From Scyliorhinus canicula (Eukaryota), in assembly GCF_902713615.1 (NCBI RefSeq), contig NW_024055473.1:532610-564751 (forward strand): a stretch of DNA of 32,142 bases. Direction: 5' to 3'. A program made the translations under genes and the position numbers. The notes below the pieces were generated by a model. That model was not told the DNA's origin. It saw only the letters and a program-made list of their open reading frames with translations, and did not search any database. How positions within the stretch are numbered: the stretch's first letter is position 1; every line of letters starts with the position of its first letter. Of this stretch, positions 9,566 through 21,475 are shown in pieces.

Positions 9566-12045
9566 TTGGATTGGATTTGTTTATTGTCCCGTGTACCGAG
9601 GTACAGTGAAAAGTATTTTTCTGCAAGCAGCTCAACAGATCATTCAGTACATGGGAAGAAAAGGGAATTAAACTGAATTCAAGAAAATACATGAGAATAC
9701 ATAATAGGGCAACACAATATATACAATGTACTACATAAGCATTGGCATCGGAGGAAGCAGACATGGGTGTAGTGTTAATGAGGTCAGTCCATAAGAGGGT
9801 CATTTAGGAGTCTGGTGACAGTGGGGAAGAATCTGTTTTTGAGTCTGTTCGTCCGTGTTCTCAGACTTCTGAATCTCCTGCCCGATGGAAGAAGTTGGAA
9901 AAGTGAGTGAGCTGGGTGGGAGGGATCCTTGATTATGCTGCCTGCTTTCCCCCGGCAGCGGGAGGTGTAGATGGAATCAATGGATGGGAGGCAGGTTCGT
10001 GTGATGGACTGGGCGGTATTCACGAATCTCTGAAGTTCCTTGCGGTCCTGGGCCGAGCAGTCGCCATACCAGGCTGTGATGCAGCCCGATAGGATGCTCT
10101 CTATCGTGCATCTGTAAAAGTTGGTAAGGGTTAATGTGGACATGCCGAATTTCCTTAGTTTCCTGAGGAAGTAAAGGCGCTGTTGTGCTTTCTTGGTGAT
10201 AGCGTCGACATGAGTGGACCAGGATAGATTTTTGGTGATGTGCACCCCTAGGAATTTGAAACTGCTCACCATCTCTACCTCGGCTCCGTTGATGCTGACA
10301 GGGGTGTGTACAGTACTTTGCTTCCTGAAGTCGATGACCAGCTCTTTAGTTTTGCTGGCATTAAGGGAGAGATTGTTGTCGCTGCACCACTCCACTAGGT
10401 TCTCTATCTCCCTCCTGTATTCAGACTCGTCGTTGTTCGAGATCCGGCCCACTATGGTCGTATCGTCAGCAAACTTGTAGATGGAGTTGGAACCAAGTTT
10501 TGCCATGCAGTCGTGTGTGTACAGGGAGTAGAGTAGGGGGCTAAGTACGCAGCCTTGCGGGGCACCGGTATTGAGGACTATTGTGGAGGAGGTGTTGGTG
10601 TTCATTCTTACTAACTGTGATCTGTTGGTCAGAAAGTCAAGGATCCAGTTGCAGAGTGGAGAGCCAAGTCCTAGGTTTTGGAGCTTTGATATGAGCTTGG
10701 CTGGGATTATGGTGTTGAAGGCGGAGCTGTAGTCAATAAATAGGAGTCTGATGTAGGAGTCCTTGTTTTCGAGATGCTCTAGGGATGAGTGTAGGGCCAG
10801 GGAAATGGCTTCTGGTGTGGATCGGTTGCGACAGTATGCGAATTGAAGTGGGTCAAGGAATTCCGGGAGTAGGGAGGTGATGCGCTTCATGATCAGCCTC
10901 TCGAAGCACTTTATTACAACTGACTTCAGGGCCACCGGGCGGTAGTCATTGAGGCACGTTGCTTGGTTCTTCTTTGGTACCGGTATGATGGTGGTCTTCT
11001 TGAAGCAGGTGGGGACCTCGGAGTGGAGTAGGGATAGGTTAAAGATGTCTGTGAAAACCTCTGCCAGCTGGTCTGCGCAGGCTCTGAGTGCACGACCAGG
11101 GATCCCGTCCGGGCCCATCACACTCCGTGGGTTCACTTTCAGGAAGGCCGATCTGACTTCGGAAACTGTGATGGTGGGTATGGGTGAATTATGGGTTGCT
11201 GGGGCACTCGATAGCGGATTGTTGGTTACCTGCTCAAACCGAGCATAGAATGCATTAAGTTCATCGGGGAGGGGTGCACTGCTGCCAGAGATACTGCTCG
11301 GCTTCGCTTTGTAGCCCGTTATGTTGCTTAGTCCTTGCCACAACCGCCGAGAGTCTGTCTGTGACTCTAGCTTAGTTTGATATTCTCTCTTGGCATCTCG
11401 GATGGCTTTGCGGAGGTCGTACCTGGATTTCTTGTATAGGACAGGGTCGTCTGCCTTGAACGCCTCAGATCTGTCCTTCAGTAGGGAGTCAATCTCGCGG
11501 TTGAGCCATGGTTTCCGGTTGGGGAACGTACGTACTGCTTTCTTTGGCACGCAGTCGTCCACACATTTGCTGATGAAGTCTGTGACGGTGGTGACATACT
11601 CATTTAAGTTAGTCGCAGAGTTCTTAAATATGGACCAGTCCACTGTCTCCAAGCAGTCACGTAAGAGCTCTTCTGTCTCCTCAGACCAGCACTGCACAAC
11701 CTTCTTAGCTGGATTCTCCCGCTTGAGTTTCTGCTTGTAAGCCGGGAGAAGGAGCACAGTCTTATGGTCTGATTTCCCAAAGTGCGGTCGGGGGATGGAA
11801 CGGTAGGCGCCCTTGATTTTTGAGTAGCAGTGGTCAAGAGTGTTGTCGCCCCTGGTGGTACAGGAGATGTGCTGGTGGAATTTTGGCAGTACACTCTTGA
11901 GGTTGGCTTTGTTGAAGTCTCCGGCCACAATGAACAGGGCCTCCGGGTGTTCTGTTTCATAGTTGTTTATGACTGTGTACAGTTCATCCAGCGCCTTCCT
12001 CACTTCTGCCTGGGGTGGGATGTAGACCGCTGTGATGAGGCTCTG
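9566..12045 (-). mobile_element. Rex1/Babar-clade LINE, 5'-truncated, young
   Basis: Contains the 755-aa ORF, a ~200-nt 3' UTR and a (CCAAT)n tail at 9566-9577. Possible ATTATT TSD (9562-9567 and 12051-12056). Confidence 0.85.
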
Positions 12046-12051
12046 TCTCAA
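9784..12051 (-). CDS. LINE ORF: C-terminal half of AP endonuclease plus reverse transcriptase
   Basis: APE motifs AGDFN, LDHCY, SDH. RT motifs YRPVAL, QFAY, FIDYSSAFNTI, GAPQGCVLSPLLYSLY, KFADD. No stops over 755 codons; the N-terminus is truncated. Confidence 0.93.
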   Translation of the reverse strand: MRQSLITAVYIPPQAEVRKALDELYTVINNYETEHPEALFIVAGDFNKANLKSVLPKFHQHISCTTRGDNTLDHCYSKIKGAYRSIPRPHFGKSDHKTVLLLPAYKQKLKRENPAKKVVQCWSEETEELLRDCLETVDWSIFKNSATNLNEYVTTVTDFISKCVDDCVPKKAVRTFPNRKPWLNREIDSLLKDRSEAFKADDPVLYKKSRYDLRKAIRDAKREYQTKLESQTDSRRLWQGLSNITGYKAKPSSISGSSAPLPDELNAFYARFEQVTNNPLSSAPATHNSPIPTITVSEVRSAFLKVNPRSVMGPDGIPGRALRACADQLAEVFTDIFNLSLLHSEVPTCFKKTTIIPVPKKNQATCLNDYRPVALKSVVIKCFERLIMKRITSLLPEFLDPLQFAYCRNRSTPEAISLALHSSLEHLENKDSYIRLLFIDYSSAFNTIIPAKLISKLQNLGLGSPLCNWILDFLTNRSQLVRMNTNTSSTIVLNTGAPQGCVLSPLLYSLYTHDCMAKLGSNSIYKFADDTTIVGRISNNDESEYRREIENLVEWCSDNNLSLNASKTKELVIDFRKQSTVHTPVSINGAEVEMVSSFKFLGVHITKNLSWSTHVDAITKKAQQRLYFLRKLRKFGMSTLTLTNFYRCTIESILSGCITAWYGDCSAQDRKELQRFVNTAQSITRTCLPSIDSIYTSRCRGKAGSIIKDPSHPAHSLFQLLPSGRRFRSLRTRTNRLKNRFFPTVTRLLNDPLMD

Positions 12052-12284
12052 TTATTACTTTAAAATAACCTGCCACATTCCTTAGCATAGTGGTCTGGGC
12101 CAACCCATCTTTAGCTGCTTTATCAATTATCTTATTTTATTCATAAAGTCAGAAATGAGGATGTTCTCTGTTGATTGTACAATATTAAACCACCATTCAC
12201 GACCCCTCACATATTGAAGCAACTTATGAACAACGCAACAAGATCGGGACTACATTCAGGTTTGACTGATATATGACAAGTGTA

Positions 12285-12625
12285 GGCAATGGCCAAGAGA
12301 GGATCAAACCATCGCCACTTGACATTGAATGGAATCCCCCTGCATCAAATACCCTGCGTGTGACCATTGACTAGAAACTGAAATCGAATTGCCCAATAAA
12401 TACGGTTTCTACCAGAGCAAGTGAAGTCCAGGAACACAGGACAAAACAGCCTCTTCCATTGCCGTCACTTCCACAAACATCAAATCCTTCAACCACCGAC
12501 GAACAGTGTCAGATTATGTAACATATACAAGATGTCCTATAGAAACTCACCACGGCTACTGAGGCAGCGTCTTCCAAACCTACTGACACTTCCATCTTGA
12601 AGGACCACACCAGAAAACACATGTA
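12285..12625 (+). mobile_element. Degenerate L2/Crack-like LINE fragment
   Basis: GTGTGACCATTGACTAGAAACTGAA resembles the GVTIDQKLNW motif of the 18611-19215 copy. Confidence 0.5.
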
Positions 12626-13267
12626 TTTGTGTGATCAATATCGTAGAAATATTTTGAACATTAATAAGTGGAATAGGTCAAAGATAATGCAGGCATCAGG
12701 ATCAAATTCCGAAGTGACAGGAATACAGATTCCAGAAATAATAATAGAGAATTAGAGCATTAAAACTTGAACGGTGGTGGGCTATTTGTACATACATTAC
12801 AGAAGCAGCGTTTTTGTCCACTCTTATTTTAGGAGACGCAATTAAAATAGTTAAGACATTGCTGACTATGAACGTGCACAATACAGGGACTGGTGCAATT
12901 TTAATAGTTACAACCTGCAGTGCATGACTGAACACATCTCTGGGTCGAGTCTGATGCTGACACAATGAGTATCTGGTTTGTTTGTGTGAGAGACAGAGAA
13001 CATTGACATAACAGCAAATGGTTTTCTTAACGTTGCATCAGAGTCAGACACCATTGCAATGTGATTGGATGAAGGTAGTGTCAGGCAGATAAAATCCGAA
13101 TTTGCTGGAATTTCCCTGCATGTCAGGCAGAATCTGAGGAGAGAAACAGAGTTCACGTTTCATGTCTCTGACAGAACATCAGCACCAGGTTCATCCACCT
13201 GAAACTAACTATTTCTCTCTGAAAATGTGACCCGCCAGAGTAACACATTCGGCCGCACTTCTGTTTC

Positions 13268-13407
13268 TGACCTAAATAAAAGCAAATTGCTGCGGATGCT
13301 GGACTCTGAAACGAAAGGGAAAATGCTGGAAAATCTCAGCAAGTCTGGCAGCATCTGTAGGGAGAGAAAAGCGCTAACGTTTCGAGTCCAATGACTCTTT
13401 GTCAAAG
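13268..13407 (-). mobile_element. Terminal fragment of a second Penelope-like family with a degenerate hammerhead motif
   Basis: Minus strand TTGACAA-A-GAGTC(ATTG)GACTC-GAAACGTT: stem II is intact but the CUGANGA core has two changes. A weaker copy lies near 30020-30140. Confidence 0.6.
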
Positions 13408-13784
13408 GTCAGACTGGGGTCTGTTTCTGACCTGTTTGACCTGGGTTCAAATTCCACTCCAGGATTGTTGACCATGGAAGGAGAGTTGGTGCCACTGAAG
13501 CAGGTTATTAATCAGCCTCCAAAATCCTTAACACTATCCACACCTTCCTGCAAGAGGGATATAATGTGAATGTACGAAAACCAATTGGATTGTCCATCCG
13601 CTTTCTGACCTGTTGAGTTTTTCCAGCAGGTTTCGAGCAGTATCACTATTTTAGATTTTTAGTATATGAGGCGTGTTACCTTTGGACTAATGTAATGGGA
13701 GCTGCGAACAGGTATTTCAGCATCGATTCGTTGGTGGTACTCTTAACCACTGAGTCAGAAAGCTGTGGGTGCTTTCTGGAGCCC

Positions 13785-13930
13785 GGGGTCAGACTAACTC
13801 AGGAATAATAATAATCAGAGACCACTCCAGTGTATCAATAACAGAGACTGAAGGGTCCGGGGTCAGACTGGGGTCTGGTATAATAATAATTATCACAGAG
13901 ACCGGCTCCAGTGTATCAATAACAGAGAAA
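13785..13930 (+). repeat. Two-copy ~75-bp tandem repeat
   Basis: GGGTCAGACT...ATAATAATAAT...CAGAGACC...CTCCAGTGTATCAATAACAGAGA occurs twice. Confidence 0.8.
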
Positions 13931-14269
13931 GGTGATAAGCTTCGGTGAAGGGAGGCAGGGGACCTCATGAACAGCTGATTTTAAGAGGAAGTGAATCTAT
14001 CAGAAAGCAATGATGCTCCGGGCCCCAGCCCAGGCATCATGCTGAGTGACAGGGATGTGTGTTGGAAAAGCGGATTGGAAACTTCATTGAGTGAGGTGCG
14101 TGTGATTGACTCCACCTCGGATCTTTATACGCAATGGGAGGATAATAATGGCAAACCCTATAATGGTGCATCTGTCAGGGGAAACAAAAACATCTGTTTC
14201 TTCTTATTGTTACGAACAGTTCTCCATTTACACAGACACGCAAGAGCCGGTTCCGGCAGCTTATGAACA

Positions 14270-15035
14270 CTAAATTTCTTTCTAAATTTAGAGTATCCAT
14301 TTATTTATAAGACCATAAGACCATAAGACATAGGAGTGGGAGTAAGGCCATTCGGCCCATCGAGTCCACTCCGCCATTCAATCATGGCTGATGGGCATTT
14401 CAACTCCACCTACCAGCATTCTCCCCGTAGCCCTTAATTCCTCGCGACATCAAGAATTTATCTATCTCTGCCTTGAAGCCATTTAGCGTCCCGGCCTCCA
14501 CTGCACTCCGCGGCAATGAATTCCACAGGCCCACCACTCTCTAGCTGAAGAAATGTCTCCGCATTTCTGTTCTGAATTTATCCCCTCTAATTCTAAGGCT
14601 GTGCCCACGGGTCCTCGTCTCCTCGCCTAACGGAAACAGTTTCTTTGCGTCCACCCTTTCTAAGCCATGTATTATCTTGTAAGTTTCTATTAGATCTCCC
14701 CTTAACCTTCTAAACTCCAATGAATACAATCCCAGGATCCTCAGCCGTTCATCATATGTTAGACCCGCCATTCCAGGGATCATCCGTGTGAATCTCTGCT
14801 GGACACGCTCCAGTGCCAGTATGTCCTTCCTGAGATGTGGGGCCCAAAACTGGACACAGTATTTTCAATTAGAGGGAAATTTAGCGTGGCCAATCCACCG
14901 ACCCTTCACAGTTTTGGGGGTGAATCACACGCAATCACGGGGAGAACATGCAACCTCCGCACGGACAGTGACCCAGGACCGGGATCGAACTCGGGTCCTC
15001 AGAAGCGCAGGCCGCAGTGCTAACCTCTGTACCAA
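14270..15035 (-). mobile_element. V-SINE split by a nested CR1 insertion
   Basis: The SINE body is at 14862-15035 and its tail (AAATTTAGAGTATCCATTT) at 14270-14306, on either side of the CR1. Confidence 0.65.
14307..14861 (-). mobile_element. Young CR1 LINE 3' fragment with (TCTTATGG)n tail
   Basis: ORF 14541-14783 GLYSLEFRRLRGDLIETYKI...RTRGHS, with the CR1 3' UTR hairpin and tail. Confidence 0.9.
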
Positions 15036-15789
15036 CGTACCGTCTCAAATTATGGGCACTTAGGTTTAAATCATCAGTTTCGGACACAAAGACTAAAAGA
15101 CAAAGCCTCATCACAGGAAGGATCAGTGCCACAAATGTTAACGATAATTGTTCTTTTTCGAAACAAGTGCTATTCGCTGTTACTTTGTCCAAAGTAGTGG
15201 ATTGTAAACAGCAACGATCCTCTGAAAGATTCGTGGCAATTATCTACACACACCCAAGTTCTGTCAGACGACAGAACTAGCACAAGATCAAAGCTGTGTA
15301 ATGATTGCATTATATTCGGCCTCAATGCAGGGCACGGGTATATACAGAAAAGGTGCTGGGACAATGATTAGAGATGAACCATCCAACTGGTCCCATTCCC
15401 TCTCATCCTTCAAATCTTAATACCTTCAAATATTTATCCATCATTTTCCAAAGTTGCTATTAAATCTGATTCCATCATAATTTCCCCTTGTGTGTTCCAG
15501 TTTATAACAACTCGCTGTGTCAAAAGAATCCTCCTGTTCAATACAGTAAATCTGTGTCCTCTTGTTACAGACCCACCTGCCAGTCTCTCTTTAGTTACTC
15601 TATTCAAACTTTGATGGTTTTGTTTGAACAGGTTAATTAAATACATAAAGATGGAGAAAGATACATAGAGAGAGAGAGAAACTGAGCGAAGGAATGAGAA
15701 AGAGAGACGCGGGGTTGAGAGATAAAACCTGAGAAACAGTGAAAACAAATTACACAGGGAGAGGGAGAATGATAAAATAGTGAAATGGA

Positions 15790-16193
15790 ACAAGATATCA
15801 TTTCCTGGCTTCAGAGAACCGGGGAAACTCAGTGACTGATCCACCGACCATCCAGTTATGTCCTGGAATGGAAGCTTTGAACCGATCACAACAGGTTCAT
15901 TTGTAAATGTCACCACAAAGTGATCTGTGTGACTTTGCCCTGACTCTGTTGGCAGCGATAAGCCGCATTAACAGATGTTCTCACCAGATTGTGGTCCCTG
16001 GATTTATTTTCTGTTCAGAAGTGAGATGTGCGGTTTGGAACAGGCAGCAGAGAAACAGGAAGTTGTGTTACCTGAGAATGAAACAGCAGGCGTCAGTTTC
16101 ATGTTATCACCGTGAACAACTTCCTGCCTGTGAGGGTGAACTCACTCTGACAGCATCAAGAACACCCACACAGATTGCTGCCGGCCTCAGCAT
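15790..16193 (-). pseudogene. Possible decayed leader plus V-like exon
   Basis: ATG 16193 MLRPAAICVGVLDAVR, GTGAGT donor 16145, 74-nt intron, TTTCATTCTCAG acceptor. Then VTQLPVSL, YRCQQSQGK, DRFKASI and SLSFPGSLKP in shifting frames. No YYC and no RSS. Confidence 0.35.
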
Positions 16194-17498
16194 TACATTC
16201 ACATTCATTCCCATTCCCTTGAAAAAGTTATATTATTTGTTTAAAAACACAGTAACCGATCGGGAGATGCACATATGATCTTCACTGGTCATAATACAAA
16301 TAATAATCTGGAGACATGAAGGGAAATTAAAGAAACAATCTGTTAACAGGGGTTATACTAATGTAGAAAGTTTGATGGCATTTGATGTCAGAGCGAGAGA
16401 GAGAGGGGGGGGGGAGTGAGAGGGGGGAGAGAAGGCGGTTAAGTGAATGAGCTGATGCCTTTCTGGCACAGAATTTTACTCTGATGACGTTTTGATGCTT
16501 AATTATTTTCAGAAGTGCCTTCAGTAAAAAAGATTTAAACATTTGGTGCCATTTAAACACTAGGTTCCAGACTCGGCTGATGTGTGCCTGTGTGAGTGAG
16601 TTAAGTCTGAGAGAGAGAAGAGGGTTCAACTGATTTAGGTGCAGCCTGAGACAGAGAAAGCGAGGTGAACCGATATGTAAGTAATTTGAAAGATATATTT
16701 GTCTTTTCAATGGAATGGACAGCTTGACATTACTGTTGAGATCACTCAAGACAATACATTGCAAGTACATATTAGGGGTAGCATAGGATGTGGAAGGTAA
16801 TCTCAATAAAATGTCGTCATCTGCTGAAAAATAATTGCAATTATTGGCAACGCCATTTTGAAAACAATGAATAATGATGTGTTCCAGACTAACCGGCCCA
16901 TATAGACATACAGGCGCACACATAGACACACATAGACACACATATCCACACACACACATACATACACACACAGTTTCAGACTCTGTCTCTCACAATCAGT
17001 GGCCACACCAAAAGCAAACAGAAATCCATTCAGCAAAATGGGTGAAAGACAATTCGGACCATGAAAGGAAACAGTGGGTAATTGCCACAGATGAACACAA
17101 GTCTGAATTAATCATATCCAACACAATGGAGTTTGTGACAGTGTAGTGCAATGAGAAGTTCAATATGGCTCCTGTGTTTCTGCTCCTCAGCCTGGTGATG
17201 AAGTGAATGGCACAAGATTCGCTCCAACCTTACAGCAAAATATTACACACCCATTACCAGACCAATCACACGACACCAAATAGTTATTCATTATGCTTTT
17301 GTAAGTGAATTAAGTCTGAGAGAGAATAGAGACATTAATTAATCTAGGTGAAGTCTGAAGCAAAGAGATGAGAACAGATCGGCAGGAGTTTTAAGGATGT
17401 ATTTGCCTTTGCAACGAACTTCCATAACAGCTAATAGTTATTGAGACGACAAAATGTATTCTTCCAAACACAAGTGAGTCCCCCTTTCCACGCACAAG

Positions 17499-17838
17499 GC
17501 AGTGGCGCAGTGGTATTGTCGCTGGACTAGTAATCCAGAGACCCAGAGTCAAGCTCTGGGGACCCGGGCTCCCACCACGGCAGGTGGTGAAATTTGAAAC
17601 AAAAAGATCTGGAATTAAAAGTCTAATGATGACCATGAAACCATTGTTCTGTGTAATCAAACCGCATCTGGTTCACTGATGTCCTTCAGGGAAGGATATC
17701 TGTCGCCCTTAACTAGTCTGACCTACATATGACTCCAGATGACTCCACAGCAATGTCGTTGACTCTGAAATGCCCTCAGGGATGGGTGAGAACTGCAGGA
17801 TCAGCCAGCGACATCCACATCGCATGAACGAACAAAAA
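17499..17838 (+). mobile_element. SacSINE1-like Deu-domain SINE
   Basis: tRNA-like head GGCGCAGTGGTATTGTCGCTGGACTAGTAATCC, core CATCTGGTTCACTGATGTCCTTCAGGGAAGGA, and an A-rich end. Confidence 0.7.
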
Positions 17839-17853
17839 GCATTTAGTATATTC

Positions 17854-18610
17854 NNNNNNNNNNNNNNNNNNNNNNNNNNNNNNNNNNNNNNNNNNNNNNN
17901 NNNNNNNNNNNNNNNNNNNNNNNNNNNNNNNNNNNNNNNNNNNNNNNNNNNNNNNNNNNNNNNNNNNNNNNNNNNNNNNNNNNNNNNNNNNNNNNNNNNN
18001 NNNNNNNNNNNNNNNNNNNNNNNNNNNNNNNNNNNNNNNNNNNNNNNNNNNNNNNNNNNNNNNNNNNNNNNNNNNNNNNNNNNNNNNNNNNNNNNNNNNN
18101 NNNNNNNNNNNNNNNNNNNNNNNNNNNNNNNNNNNNNNNNNNNNNNNNNNNNNNNNNNNNNNNNNNNNNNNNNNNNNNNNNNNNNNNNNNNNNNNNNNNN
18201 NNNNNNNNNNNNNNNNNNNNNNNNNNNNNNNNNNNNNNNNNNNNNNNNNNNNNNNNNNNNNNNNNNNNNNNNNNNNNNNNNNNNNNNNNNNNNNNNNNNN
18301 NNNNNNNNNNNNNNNNNNNNNNNNNNNNNNNNNNNNNNNNNNNNNNNNNNNNNNNNNNNNNNNNNNNNNNNNNNNNNNNNNNNNNNNNNNNNNNNNNNNN
18401 NNNNNNNNNNNNNNNNNNNNNNNNNNNNNNNNNNNNNNNNNNNNNNNNNNNNNNNNNNNNNNNNNNNNNNNNNNNNNNNNNNNNNNNNNNNNNNNNNNNN
18501 NNNNNNNNNNNNNNNNNNNNNNNNNNNNNNNNNNNNNNNNNNNNNNNNNNNNNNNNNNNNNNNNNNNNNNNNNNNNNNNNNNNNNNNNNNNNNNNNNNNN
18601 NNNNNNNNNN
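17854..18610. other. Assembly gap (757 N)
   Basis: Uninterrupted run of N. Confidence 1.
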
Positions 18611-19215
18611 TTTTTTCATTCAATTGCGCGATATGGCGCCACTGATTGGTCAGCAATTATGGCCCATTCCAAGTTGGCATTCAGAAGGTGGTGGTGAGCT
18701 GCCGCCTTGAATCGCTGCAGTCCCTGATATGCAGTTACGCCCATACAGTATTAGCGAGAGATATCCAGTATTTTCACCCAGCCACGGTGAAGGAACGGCG
18801 ATATATTTCCAAGTCAAAGTGTTGAGTGACTTGGAGAGGAATCGCCAGTTGGTGGCGTTCCAAAGTATCTGCTGGTCTTGTCCTTGCTGATGGTTGTTGC
18901 CGTGGGTCAGGTAGGTGCTGAATATGAAACCTTCATTAGTTCCAACAGTAAATCTTGTGGATGGCAACAATCAAGCGACTGATTTGTCCTGGATGGTGCA
19001 AAGCTTCTTGAGATTTGTTGAAGCTGCACTCCAGACAAGTGGAGACACTTCAGACTTTTGCCTAGCAGATGATGGACAGGCTTTGGGCAATCGGGATGTG
19101 AGTTACTCGCCACCGGATTCCTAGCCTTTGAACTGCTCTGGCAGCCACCACATTCGGCTGGCTTGTCCAGTTCAGTTTCCGGTCAATGACAACCCCCAGG
19201 ATGTCGATTGTGCGG
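18611..19215 (-). mobile_element. Degenerate L2/Crack-like LINE 3' fragment
   Basis: Minus-strand translation IDILGVVIDRKLNWTS...SPLVWSAASTNLKKLCTIQDK resembles a LINE RT C-terminus. Confidence 0.65.
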
Positions 19216-20073
19216 GAATCAATGAAAATAAATCTGTTGCATTATTCTGTGGGGCAAGACTTCAGCCGTGAATGAAACAGAGTCTAACAAAATAATATCA
19301 GAGAGTAGGCTTAACATAATATAAATGGAGACTTGGTTCAGTTGAACAACTGCTCCGAAATGGCGACTTCTAACATGTATAGCAGCATGGATTCATGCAT
19401 CAATTAATTAATCCGCACATAATGTAATATTAACAGATATAAGGTCTAATGCAATGATTAAAAAGAGTCAATTGCAGTGGAGAGAGATGTTGCTCAGTGC
19501 ATTTCTGAATTAGACTGCAACTATTTGCTAAAGCAGTAAACACAGTCTCGTGCAGTCATAACTGAGAAAGTGTGTATTGTGGCATGTATAGAAACATGGA
19601 CCTACTTATTGAAACGTTTAACTGTCGATAGCATTCTATACACAGGTACAATGCTGAGGGAAAGATAAAATGTAACATCGTCCTGTTCAATCATTCTAGA
19701 GACAAGACGCAGGGTAATAATACTTGTTATACGGTTAAGTACAGTGATAACTGAAGCAGGGATTAATGTAATACAACGAAACACAATGTGCAGTAAAATA
19801 AAAATAAATTCATCGTCTAACTACAAGTAAAAACTTAACTAGAGTAAATTATACAGGCCACAGAAACATGAGCTAATGCATTAATAACTGGAATAATATG
19901 TAAAGATATAAACACTGAGAGGATCTAATTTAGAGAGAACTGAGAAAGGACCTATTTTATTTTAAACAGAGATATGGAGGATTGCGGTAATAAATGAGAT
20001 GTAACCCATTGCACGATTAATATTATAAGAAGTCTGACAACACCAGGTTAAAGTCCAACAGGTTTGCTTCAAA

Positions 20074-20108
20074 CACTAGCTTTCGGAGCACTGCTCCTTC
20101 CTCAGGTG
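20074..20108 (-). ncRNA. Minimal hammerhead ribozyme motif
   Basis: CAC-CUGAGGA-A-GGAGC(AGU)GCUCC-GAA-AGCU-A-GUG, intact. Confidence 0.72.
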
Positions 20109-21475
20109 AATGAAGAGGTATGTTCGATAAACATATATATAGGCAAATTCAAAGGTGCAAGACAATGCTTAGAATGCGAGCATTTGCAGGGAATTAAGTC
20201 TTTACAGATCCAAAGATAGGGGTAACCCCAGGTTATGAGGTGTGAGTTGTCTCAAGCAAGGACCGTGGTCGGAATTCGCAAGCCCAAGCATGATGGTGGG
20301 GGATGAATGTAATGTGACATGAATCCCAGGTCTCGATTGAGGTCACGGTCATGTGTGCGTAACTTGGCTATAAGTTTCTACTTGGCGATTCTGCATTAGC
20401 GCGCATCCTGAAGGCCGCCTTGGAGAACGCTTACCTGGAGATCAGAGGCTGAATGCCCTTGACTGCTGAAGTGTTCCCCGACTGGAAGGGAACATTCCTG
20501 CCTGGTGATTGACATGCGATTTCCGGTCATCTGTTGTCACAGCGTCTGCATGGTCTCGCCAATGTACCACGCTTCGGGACAGCCTTTCCTGCAGCGTATG
20601 AGGGAGACAACGTTGGCCGAGTCACACGAGTATGCACCGCATACCTGGTGGGTGGTGTTCTCACGTGTATTCGTGGTCTCCATGTCGATGATCTGGCACG
20701 TCTTGCAGAGATTGCCATGGTAAGGTTGTGTGATGTCGTGGTCGCTGTTCTGAAGACTGGATAGTCTGCTGCAAGCAATGGTTTGTTTGAGGTTGCGCGG
20801 TTGTTTGAAGGCCAGCAGTGGGGGTGTGGGGTTGACCTTGGCAAGATGTTCATCTTCATCGATGACATGTTGAAGGCTGCGAAGAAGATGTTGTAGTTTC
20901 TCCGCTCCAGGAAAATACTGGACGACGACGGTTGTGTTCCGTGTTTGTCTTCTGAGGAGGTCGGTGCATTTTCTTACTGCGGCACGTTGGAACTGTCGCT
21001 CGATGAGTCGAGCGCCATATCCCGTTCATACGAAGGCATCTTTCAGCGTCTGGAGATGTCTGTTACTCTCCTCCTCATCTGAGCAGATCCTGTGTATATG
21101 GAGGGCTTGTCCATCGGGGATGGCTTCTTTAATGTGTTTCGGGTGGCAGCTGGAGAAGTGGAACATTGTGAGGTGACCAGCAACAATGCAGAATCGCCGA
21201 GCAGCAACTTATAGCCAAGTTCCGCACACATGAGTGCGGCTTCAACCGGGCCTGGGATTCATGTCGCAATACCTTCATCCCCCACCATCTGGCATGGGCT
21301 TGCGAAATCCTACCAACTGTCCTGGCGTGAGACAATTCACACCTCTTTAACCTGGGGTTACCCCTATCTCTGGATCTGTAAAAACTTAATTACCTACAAA
21401 TGCTCGCATTCTAATCATTGTCTTGCATCTTTTGAATTTGTCTATATATATGTTTCTGGAACATACCTCTTCATT

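Noticed and set aside
12860-12900. Minus-strand YCAR (IgH V-like end)
   Set aside because: No upstream FR3 motif and no nonamer.
12908-13156. Possible TCR constant exon
   Set aside because: Lacks the C1-set Cys/Trp spacing; resemblance to C-alpha is not convincing.
17709-18656. Long ORFs of 258-315 aa
   Set aside because: Artefacts of the N gap.
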